54,125 nt of DNA, taken from an uncultured Clostridium sp. (GTDB taxonomy: Bacteria > Bacillota > Clostridia > TANB77 > CAG-508). The position numbers and the translations under genes were made by a program. Under the pieces are notes generated by a model. It saw nothing but the letters and a program-made list of their open reading frames with translations, made no database searches and was not told the origin of the DNA. Position 1 is the first letter of the stretch. Each line of letters opens with the position of its first letter. Shown piece by piece: positions 1 to 8,693 of the stretch. Location: positions 1-54,125 of the forward strand of contig CAOKVW010000003.1 of NCBI GenBank assembly GCA_948472955.1, read 5' to 3'.

Positions 1-191
1 ATCAGCGCCCTCATGGTTGTGAGATTCCCTAATTGATTTTATAAGATGTTCTATTGTTATTTCACTGGCACATTCGTCATTTTATAAAATAATAGATACC
101 CCCACTCCCCCAAAAGGAGCAAAAGGAAACGTCCCCAATTGTCACATTTATTTTTCGACAAAATATAATATATTAGGAGGCGTGAAACGAT

Positions 192-428
192 ATGAAACAA
201 GAAGAAAAAACACTAAACCAATTGCCTTTAAACACAAAAGGAATCATCAAAAAATTAAATTGTGAAGGAAATATAAGAAGAAGATTATTAGATTTAGGAT
301 TTGTAAAAGGAGCATCTATTACTCCTGTTTTAATCAGTCCCTCCCAAGACCCCCGAGCTTTTTCCATTCGTGGCACTCTAATTGCCATTCGAAAAGAAGA
401 TGCCAATTTAATTACCATTTATTTTTAA
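192..428 (+). CDS. feoA: Ferrous iron transport protein A
   Basis: RRRLLDLGF...P..DP...IRGT.IAIRK FeoA pattern; AGGAGG RBS; directly upstream of feoB. Confidence 0.93.
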   Translation: MKQEEKTLNQLPLNTKGIIKKLNCEGNIRRRLLDLGFVKGASITPVLISPSQDPRAFSIRGTLIAIRKEDANLITIYF

Positions 429-490
429 TGTAACTTTTCCCCATTTATTTCATACTATGTACTATAAAATATGAATTTTGGAGGTTATAT

Positions 491-2644
491 ATGGGACTTA
501 CCAAATCTTCTACAGGAAGTCGTTTATTGGTAGATGACTTATCCTTTTTAAAAGAAAATTGCGATTACGTGATTGCTTTAGCTGGCAATCCTAATGTCGG
601 AAAATCTACTATTTTTAATCATTTAACAGGTATGCATCAACATACTGGTAATTGGCCCGGAAAGACGGTTAGTAATGCGACTGGTAATTGCATTTACCAA
701 GATACTGACTTTCTTTTCGTGGACATTCCTGGTACTTATTCCATCATGTCTAACTCAGAAGAAGAAGAAATCGCACGAGATTATATTTGTTTTGGCAATC
801 CAGATTGTACGGTCATTGTGGTAGATGCTACTTGTTTGGAACGAAATTTAAACCTTGTTTTTCAAACGATGGAAATCACGAATAAAATTGTTGTCTGTGT
901 TAATTTACTCGATGAAGCCAAAAAGAAAAAAATACATATTGATTTAGAAAAATTATCCGATGAACTTGGCGTTCCTGTTGTTGGAACAACTGCCAGAAAA
1001 AAGAAAACTTTAGAGAACCTTATGCATACCATAAACCAAGTATGTACACGGTAACATCCAGCCAACTCCTAAAAAAATCACTTATACCAAAGCCATTGAA
1101 GATGGTTTGTCAAAACTATCTCATACACTACAAAATGAATTCTCTCTTTCTGCTGATTTATCTCGTTGGATTAGTTTAAAAATCATAGATGGCGAAGAAA
1201 CAATTTTGCAATCCATTGAAGAGAACGTTGGTATTGATTTACTAAATAATGAAGCCTTAGAAGATAGGAAAGATATTGTTCGTTTGGAACTACATAAAAA
1301 TAATATCTTTGAAAATAATTTCAAGGATTCAATTGTATCTAGCATTATGCACCAATCAGAAACAATTTGTGGGAAAGTCTGTACTTTGGAAGATGAGAAT
1401 TATTCTAACCGAGATAGAAAAATTGATAAAATCCTGACTTCTAAAAAATTCGGAATTCCCATTATGATTTTGTTTTTAGGTATTATTTTTTGGCTTACCA
1501 TTGTTGGTGCCAATTATCCTTCGCAAGCTTTGTTTGCTATGTTTGCTTGGCTACAAGAAAAGCTGTTTTTAGCTGCTGATTTTCTGCATTGTCCAGAGTG
1601 GCTTTCTTCTATGCTGATTTCTGGTGTTTACCAGACTTTGACTTGGATTGTGTCTGTAATGCTCCCTCCTATGGCTATCTTCTTTCCTCTTTTCACGATT
1701 TTAGAGGATTTGGGCTATCTTCCTAGAATTGCTTTTAATATGGATGGTTTTTTTAAAAAATGCTGTTGCACACGGTAAACAGATGATTACCATGTGCATG
1801 GGATTTGGTTGCAATGCAGCAGGTTGTGTTGGATGTCGAATCATTGATTCTCCTAGAGAAAGACTCATTGCTATTTTGACCAATAATTTTGTACCTTGTA
1901 ATCGGAAGATTTCCTTTCCTCATTGCCATTGCTACCATCTTTATAGCTGGCAGTATGCAAGGATTTGGTGCTTCCATCATTTCCACCATTGCCGTTATTT
2001 TTGTGATTTTGCTAGGTATTTTCTTTACCTTAATCATTTCTAAACTATTATCGAAAACTGTCTTAAAAGGAATGCCTTCCTCTTTTGTATTGGAATTACC
2101 ACCTTATCGAAAACCTCAATTTGGAAAAATTCTAATACGCTCTATTTTTGATAGGACTTTATTTGTATTAGGAAGAGCTATCAGTGTTGCAGCACCTGCT
2201 GGACTGGTAATTTGGTTATTTGCTAATATCGGAATCAATGGTGAAAGTTTATTAACTGTAATTGCTAATTTTTTAAATCCATTTGCTCAATTAATGGGCT
2301 TAGATGGTTACATTTTGACTGCTTTTATTCTTGGTATTCCAGCCAATGAAATTGTCTTGCCAATCATTTTGATGTGCTACTTGGGTGGCAACTCTTTAGT
2401 TAATTTAGAAGATACCTTCTCCATTGGTCAAATTCTGATTTCTCATGGTTGGACGATTTTGACTGCTATTAATGTGATGTTGTTTACAGTTTTACATTAT
2501 CCATGTGCTACCACTCTTTTGACCATAAAAAAAGAAACTGGTAGCTGGAAATGGACGGCTGTTAGTTTCTTACTTCCTACTGTTTGTGGTATTGTGGTTT
2601 GTCTGTTGACCAATTTGGTTTATCATGTGTTTTTGATTTTATGA
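491..2644 (+). CDS. feoB: Ferrous iron transport protein B, split over 4 frames by three +1 shifts at CGG (1049, 1773, 1903); 716 aa if joined
   Basis: [17 protein letters not shown] and NLLD GTPase motifs; [32 protein letters not shown] and LELPPYR membrane motifs. Removing one C at each CGG gives one continuous ORF. Alternative reading: pseudogene or sequencing error. Confidence 0.93.
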
Positions 2645-2651
2645 AAATTTA

Positions 2652-2682
2652 ATAAGAAGAGGTTTTTATTGCCTCTTCTTAT
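2652..2682. terminator. Bidirectional intrinsic terminator between convergent genes
   Basis: ATAAGAAGAGG / CCTCTTCTTAT inverted repeat. Confidence 0.75.
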
Positions 2683-2686
2683 GGTT

Positions 2687-3371
2687 TCACCTTATTTTTG
2701 TTAATATCTCTTTAAATAAATTTTCATCAAAAAATGATAATCCCGTTAATCCTTCCTTAAGCCAGTATTGATTTTCCTTTGAATCACTATTCGTTTTTAT
2801 AATATATTGTGGTTCTAAAATGTGCATAGCATTAGCCATTTAAAAGATATTGTCTTTTTTCCTTATATTCTTCTTTAAAATTTACAATTGCCCAATGGTC
2901 ATAAATAAAATTTGGTTTAATATCTAAATTATTTATCCATGCTGTCTGTTTTGCAATCTCTTGTATAACATCACCACTAGGTGATTGTTGAAGTTCAAAA
3001 TAATTCTTACCATCAATGAATTCAAATACACAAATATCGTAATTATTTTGTTGATAATATAATGAAAAGAAAATATTCCCATCTATTTCTAAAGGTTTAG
3101 GAGAACTAACATTACTTTTTGCTATTGCTTTTATTCTTTTCAAATAATTTTTGATATCCTCTTTTGTTCTTTCTTTACTAAAAATTTTTACACAAAATTT
3201 CCCTTTTGAAGTATCTAAGTAAAAATTATAGTCCTCATATCCTATCGTTATTAATGTATTTGAAATAAAATTTCCTAGCTTATAATGTTTACAGATTTCT
3301 TTGGAGATATTTTCTAAATTTGTATTTAACTTTATTCTTTTATTAAAGTCATGCAATTCAAATTTATCCAT
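2687..3371 (-). pseudogene. Phosphotransferase (APH/homoserine kinase type II-like) with apparent internal deletion
   Basis: N-lobe GYEDYNF...GKFCVKIF and FEFIDG in 3371..2832; no HGDxxxxN catalytic motif; a 50-codon tail (MANAMHILEPQY...ENQYWLKEG) continues in another frame at 2839..2687. Confidence 0.6.
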
Positions 3372-3608
3372 ATGTAATCAGCTCTCTTTCTGATTACATA
3401 CTATCATTTTTATGTACCTTTAGTCAAATATAGCTGCAAATTTATAATAGAGTTGCAATTATAGTCTTTTTCCTAAATTTCAACTAAATTTCAACTCTAT
3501 TTACATCTTATGTTAATTATGTTATAATACAATGTAAGAACTTTCTAATCGGTTTGCATTTCGTATCTTGAAATTGCGAACTAAATAATGATGAAAGGAG
3601 TTGAAAGT

Positions 3609-4721
3609 ATGCCTCATGTAAACAAACAAATGATTTCTTTCTTTTTAACTACACGTTGCAATCTTAGATGTGTTTACTGTTATAACAGTAAAAAGAGGAA
3701 ATCTTCACCAATTCAAAGTTTAGACTTGAATTTTGCCAAGGCTGGAATTGATTATTTCTTCGGCAACTTTCAAAGTCGTCATATTCGGTTTTATGGGCCA
3801 GGAGAGCCTACCCAAGCATTTTCTTTAATGAAACAAATCAAGGATTATGCTTATTCAAAAGTAGGTGAAAACCTTAGTACGGAACTTCAAACAAATGGAG
3901 CATTCTCTCCGACTATTCGAAACTGGATAGCTGAAAATGTCAACATTGTTTGGGTTTCCTTTGATGGACCACCTGACATTCACGACCACAATCGGTCTTT
4001 TCCATGCCAAAAACCATCTTCACCAGTCATTGAAGAAAATGTTAAGTATCTAACATCTCATCTTCAAAAAACTGGAACCGTTGGAATTCGTGTCACTATC
4101 ACTGACGACAATATGCGTCGTCAAATCGAAATGATTGATTATTTTTCCTCTTTAGGTGTGAAACACATATGGGCTGACCCATTATTTCAAGAAATACAAA
4201 GTAAGCCTGTCTGTATGACACCTAAAAGGCAAGAAGATTTCCATTTCAATATGGACGCTTTTGTTAATACCTATGTAGAGGCATATCAATATGCTAAAAG
4301 CATAGGAGTATTCTACGGCACCAATCTTATCTATAATTTTGATGGGTGCTCAGAATACAATTGTCGTGCTTGCACGCCTGTTCCTCACCTTACGCCAGAC
4401 GGTTATGTATCCGCATGTGATATGGTAACGTTTGGCGGAAAGGCCAATCACATGGAGCCCTTAGTATATGGCAAATGGAACGCAGAAAAGAAAACAATTC
4501 AGTTTTATGAAGATAGAATTGAGACTCTGCGTTCACGCAAGGCATCTAATATGCCTGCATGTGTAAATTGTGAAGTGTCTGGAAAATGTGCTGGATACTG
4601 CTTGGGAGAAACACTCAACGAAACTGGTGACCTTTTTGGTTGCAATCCCAGAGTATGCCATGCCGTAAAAAGGCTTTACCATCAGATAGGTTCCATTACC
4701 TATGACTATTTTCACCCTTGA
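3609..4721 (+). CDS. Radical SAM protein with C-terminal SPASM-like Cys cluster
   Basis: CNLRCVYC, FYGPGEPT, QTNG, SFDG...HD.NR; CRAC and CVNCEVSGKCAGYC; AAAGGAG RBS before ATG 3609. Confidence 0.88.
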   Translation: MPHVNKQMISFFLTTRCNLRCVYCYNSKKRKSSPIQSLDLNFAKAGIDYFFGNFQSRHIRFYGPGEPTQAFSLMKQIKDYAYSKVGENLSTELQTNGAFSPTIRNWIAENVNIVWVSFDGPPDIHDHNRSFPCQKPSSPVIEENVKYLTSHLQKTGTVGIRVTITDDNMRRQIEMIDYFSSLGVKHIWADPLFQEIQSKPVCMTPKRQEDFHFNMDAFVNTYVEAYQYAKSIGVFYGTNLIYNFDGCSEYNCRACTPVPHLTPDGYVSACDMVTFGGKANHMEPLVYGKWNAEKKTIQFYEDRIETLRSRKASNMPACVNCEVSGKCAGYCLGETLNETGDLFGCNPRVCHAVKRLYHQIGSITYDYFHP

Positions 4722-4726
4722 TTCAT

Positions 4727-4760
4727 AAATAGCTGCCCTTCACTTGAAGAACAGCTATTT
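4727..4760. terminator. Bidirectional intrinsic terminator
   Basis: AAATAGCTG / CAGCTATTT stem between convergent genes. Confidence 0.7.
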
Positions 4761-4764
4761 CCTT

Positions 4765-5799
4765 TTATATTTTATTTATATCTTTTACTAATTCCTCTAC
4801 ATCTTCCTTTTTAGTCGCCCAACTTGTACAAAATCTTACAGCACTATTTTTATCATCTATTTTCTCCCATAAGCAAAATGAATATTTCTTAGACAACTTA
4901 TCTAAAATTTCATTTGGTAGAATTGGGAACTGTTGATTTGTATTAGAATCATATAAAAATTTATATCCTTCTTTAGAAAACGCTTTTTTAATTTTCATCG
5001 CCATATCAACAGCATGTTTGGATAAATCAAAATACAGGTTATTTTCAAATAGTACATCAAACTGTATTCCTAATAAACGCCCCTTTGCTAGCAGTCCTCC
5101 CCTTTGCTTGATACAATATCTAAAATTTTCTTGAAAATTTTTATTGGTAATAACAACTGCTTCTCCAAATAAAGCTCCTACTTTAGTTCCACCAATATAA
5201 AAAGCATCACAATTTTTAGCTATATCAGAAATCGTCATATCAGCATCTTCTGACATTAAACCATATCCTAACCTTGCCCCATCAATATAAAGCGGTAAAT
5301 TACATTCTTTACAAGTTTGATATAAGTCTTCCAATTCTTTCTTACTATATAATAATCCATTTTCTGTCGGATAAGATATATACACCATCCCTGGTTGTAC
5401 CATATGCTCTTGATTTTCATCTTCATAATGGTTTTGGTAAAACTTTCTTATGTCTTTATCTGTTAATTTTCCATCTTTCGTATGAATCACCAACACTTTA
5501 TGTCCTGTTGCCTCTATAGCTCCTGTTTCATGAACATTGATATGACCTGTTTGAGCTGATAATACTCCTTGATAACTTTTTAAGATGGAACTTATTACTA
5601 TCATGTTTGTCTGTGTTCCACCAACTAAAAATTGGACTTCTGCCTCTTCACATTGGCATCGTCTTTTTATTTTTTCTCTTGCTGAGTTACAGTAAATGTC
5701 TTCGCCATAGCCTTGTGTTTGCTCCCTATTAGTTTCTTCTAATTTTTTTATAATTTCTGGACAAGCTCCTTCTGCATAATCACATTCAAATCTTATCAT
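4765..5799 (-). CDS. ltaE: Low-specificity L-threonine aldolase (PLP-dependent)
   Basis: GYGED, GGTQTN, HINVHETGA, DGARL, GGTKVG, KQRGGLLAKGR, VRFCTSW. Confidence 0.9.
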   Translation of the reverse strand: MIRFECDYAEGACPEIIKKLEETNREQTQGYGEDIYCNSAREKIKRRCQCEEAEVQFLVGGTQTNMIVISSILKSYQGVLSAQTGHINVHETGAIEATGHKVLVIHTKDGKLTDKDIRKFYQNHYEDENQEHMVQPGMVYISYPTENGLLYSKKELEDLYQTCKECNLPLYIDGARLGYGLMSEDADMTISDIAKNCDAFYIGGTKVGALFGEAVVITNKNFQENFRYCIKQRGGLLAKGRLLGIQFDVLFENNLYFDLSKHAVDMAMKIKKAFSKEGYKFLYDSNTNQQFPILPNEILDKLSKKYSFCLWEKIDDKNSAVRFCTSWATKKEDVEELVKDINKI

Positions 5800-5850
5800 A
5801 TTATTTTTCCTCCTATTTTACCAATTGTATGATAACTTTTTTCTTAACAG

Positions 5851-5879
5851 ATTATCTAATTTATTGATAGATTTGTCAA
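5851..5879 (-). promoter_or_regulatory. Sigma-A-type promoter of ltaE
   Basis: TTGACA-17 nt-GATAAT on minus strand. Confidence 0.6.
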
Positions 5880-5916
5880 TGTTTTATGAAGACTTTTCAT
5901 AATATTTTTGTTGTGC

Positions 5917-6741
5917 TTATCTCTTTTCCTCTAAAAATTGTATCAAAGTTTTATTAAAATTCTCTTTATCATCATAAAAAATTCCATGTCCAGAACGCTC
6001 AAAAGGAAATACCGTAGAATTCTGAATCTGTTTATGCATAATCTCTGCCATAGGAAAAGGACATATTTTGTCTTCTTTTCCATGAAAAATCCCAGTTGGC
6101 ACAGAAATATATTTTAAATCCTTAAATGTACTTTCATCTCTTAACGCAATTAAAGAATTCATTTCTCCTAATCCAGAAGCACTATTATTCAAATTTTGCA
6201 TCCAATCTTTAAAAGGTTTGGAAGGCTGTTTATAAAAAAATATACCTCCGAAATATTCATTCAGAGCTGGTCTATCTTTATATCCCAATTCTATTAACTG
6301 ATTCGTCGCTTCTATCGTTTGACCATACGGATTATTTATGGATTTACAATAGGAAGGAACAGCTGCATCACATAAACACAATTTCCTCACACCATAACCT
6401 CTATATAATTGCATATACCTAGTAACGATAGCGCCTCCCATAGAAAATCCCAATAAATCAAAATTCATTAGATTTAATGCATAAATAACATAATATAAAT
6501 CGGTTGCAAATTGATTGTAATTATATCCATTGCTTGTTACATCGGAAGCACCAAATCCTCTTAAATCAATGCTTATTACTCTATATCCAGCTTGTATTAA
6601 ATCTGGCAATTGATACTCAAACATTTTATGAGATAGTGGCCAACCATGCACTAATACTATTGTTTTATCGGCTCTTGGATTCAATTCATATACCGCTATG
6701 TTAGCATTATCACTAGATGGAATATAAAACATAAAAATCAC
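5917..6741 (-). CDS. Alpha/beta hydrolase (non-heme haloperoxidase/arylesterase-like)
   Basis: HGWP, DLRGFG, GFSMGG nucleophile elbow, HGKED, SGHG. Confidence 0.88.
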   Translation of the reverse strand: MIFMFYIPSSDNANIAVYELNPRADKTIVLVHGWPLSHKMFEYQLPDLIQAGYRVISIDLRGFGASDVTSNGYNYNQFATDLYYVIYALNLMNFDLLGFSMGGAIVTRYMQLYRGYGVRKLCLCDAAVPSYCKSINNPYGQTIEATNQLIELGYKDRPALNEYFGGIFFYKQPSKPFKDWMQNLNNSASGLGEMNSLIALRDESTFKDLKYISVPTGIFHGKEDKICPFPMAEIMHKQIQNSTVFPFERSGHGIFYDDKENFNKTLIQFLEEKR

Positions 6742-6808
6742 TTCTTTCTAAAATCATATATTATATCATATGATTTCACTTTATTCATATATGATTTTCT
6801 TATTAGTT

Positions 6809-6848
6809 TAAAAGGAGAAAGGCTCTACTTATTGCCCCTCTCCTTTTA
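6809..6848 (-). terminator. Intrinsic terminator
   Basis: TAAAAGGAGA / TCTCCTTTTA inverted repeat after the 7370..6873 gene. Confidence 0.65.
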
Positions 6849-6872
6849 TTTTTATCAAATTCAGGTTATAGA

Positions 6873-7370
6873 TTACAAAAATTCTCTAGACATTCGGTAA
6901 CTACTTTTGCCTTCATCAAACTCCAGTATATATCTAACATTAGAAAAAAACATATTATTAGGAGATAGATGACTTTCTCCTATATTTTCTAATATCTTTC
7001 TATATACCTCTGTATTTTCCCTTGTGTCCATGAGAATTCTATCTTTCCGAATTTCCAGTTTTGCCAGCCATGATTGCTTTTTTGTACATATGTTGTACTG
7101 TTCTTCAATTGCACCTTTAACTACATGGTACATTGTCTCCAACTCTGTGGCTATCTTTCTTTCCCAGTATCGGTACTCATCTTTGTCATCGACAGCTGTT
7201 GCTTTCCAATACTCCAAATGGTCTTTATAGTGCTGTGTAAAATACACAGCTATAAACTCAATCCACTTGTTGTAGTCTGAGAATTCTAGTTTACCTTCTT
7301 TCCAAAACTTGATAAGTTGACCACTATATCCCTCCATTAGCCGTTCTATATTTTCTGTTCTAGTAGTCAT
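6873..7370 (-). CDS. Hypothetical protein (165 aa)
   Basis: AAGGAGG RBS before ATG 7370, consensus promoter, own terminator; no recognisable motif. Confidence 0.75.
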   Translation of the reverse strand: MTTRTENIERLMEGYSGQLIKFWKEGKLEFSDYNKWIEFIAVYFTQHYKDHLEYWKATAVDDKDEYRYWERKIATELETMYHVVKGAIEEQYNICTKKQSWLAKLEIRKDRILMDTRENTEVYRKILENIGESHLSPNNMFFSNVRYILEFDEGKSSYRMSREFL

Positions 7371-7401
7371 TTCTGTTACCTCCTTTATGTATGATAGTAA
7401 C

Positions 7402-7430
7402 ATTATATCTCTTTATGTTTATTATGTCAA
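7402..7430 (-). promoter_or_regulatory. Consensus sigma-A promoter
   Basis: TTGACA-17 nt-TATAAT. Confidence 0.75.
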
Positions 7431-7438
7431 TCTACAAA

Positions 7439-8554
7439 TTAATTTTCCTCTAGATTCAACCCCTCCAATTCTGGTAAAACAAATCTACCATCTTTTCTAA
7501 CCAATACGTCATCAAAATAAATCTCTCCTCCGCCATGTTCAGGAGTTTGTATATTCACAATATCCCAATGAATGCTAGAACGATTGCCATTATCACTCTC
7601 TTCTAAACTATCACCTGGTGTAAAATGAAAGCTACCTTTAATCTTCTCATCAAATAACGTATCCCCTATTGGTTTTTCCATATATGGATTCAATCCCAAG
7701 GCAAACTCTCCAATATATCTTGCTCCCTCATCTACATCCAATATCTCATTTAATTCTTTTGTCTTATTAGAAGTTGCCTTTACAATTTTACCGTCTTTAA
7801 ATTCAAACCTAATATTATGAAAAGTAATTCCATTATACATTGTTTCTGTATTATAGGAAATATAGCCATTCACACTTGTCTTAACTGGTGCAGTTGCTAC
7901 TTCGCCATCTGGAATATTAAATGTCCCCACATATTTCTCTGCTGGAATTCCTTTGATACTAAATGTTAAATCTGTTCCATCTCCTAAAATATGCACCTTA
8001 TCTGTACGATTCATTGAATCTTTCAATGCCTCCATTGCTTTTGACATCTTAGCATAATCTATATTACATACTTTAAAATAAAAATTTTCCAATTCATCTT
8101 GATTCATTTTTGCCATTTGTGCCATGGAAGCATTTGGATATCTTAAGATACACCATCTCGTATTTTTCACTCTTTCTTCAAAATGAACGGGAACGGTATA
8201 GTACTTGTTATATAATTCTATCCTGTCTTTTGGTATTCCACTTAATTCACTACTATTTGAATTAGCTCTTATTCCAATATACGCATCCATATCTTTCATT
8301 CTCATTTGGTCATGCTTGGCATATAATTTTATTTGTTCTTCTGTGGCTTTTTCTAACATCACTCGTAAAATTTCATAATTCACCATATTAAAATATGGTT
8401 TGGCTCCTAACTCTTCCGCTTTTTTTATCAATTCTTTGGCTAAAGGAATACCATCTTCTCCTAATAATTCAATTAAAACATTTTCTCCTTGTTTTATCTG
8501 AATGGAATAGGTTAATAACTGATTCGCTAATTTTTCAATTCTTGTATCTTTCAT
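7439..8554 (-). CDS. Aminopeptidase, M29 family (AmpS/PepS-like)
   Basis: NIPDGEV, GARYIGEFALG, LFDEKI, HFTPG, SSIHWDIV. Confidence 0.9.
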   Translation of the reverse strand: MKDTRIEKLANQLLTYSIQIKQGENVLIELLGEDGIPLAKELIKKAEELGAKPYFNMVNYEILRVMLEKATEEQIKLYAKHDQMRMKDMDAYIGIRANSNSSELSGIPKDRIELYNKYYTVPVHFEERVKNTRWCILRYPNASMAQMAKMNQDELENFYFKVCNIDYAKMSKAMEALKDSMNRTDKVHILGDGTDLTFSIKGIPAEKYVGTFNIPDGEVATAPVKTSVNGYISYNTETMYNGITFHNIRFEFKDGKIVKATSNKTKELNEILDVDEGARYIGEFALGLNPYMEKPIGDTLFDEKIKGSFHFTPGDSLEESDNGNRSSIHWDIVNIQTPEHGGGEIYFDDVLVRKDGRFVLPELEGLNLEEN

Positions 8555-8693
8555 AATACCTCTCTTTTCTTCTCAATTTATGAGACAACTAATACCTGTC
8601 CCCATTGTCTCATATTTTTATATTTTTTTCCATATTTTTGTGTAATCTTTTCAAATTAGTGGTATAATTTTTATGAGATAAAAAAAAACGGAG

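Noticed and set aside
1-120. Possible ORF fragment at the left edge (minus strand)
   Set aside because: The open stretch is short, is preceded by an in-frame stop and has no recognisable motif.
491-2644. Treating the feoB fragments (and the yabG, yunB, dockerin and thioester fragments) as separate genes or ordinary pseudogenes
   Set aside because: Downstream fragments lack credible RBS/start codons, every break has the same C-GGW form, and no other lesions are present. Pseudogene or artefact is kept only as the alternative hypothesis.
3372-3608. RiPP precursor peptide beside the radical SAM/SPASM gene
   Set aside because: No small ORF with an RBS found by eye.
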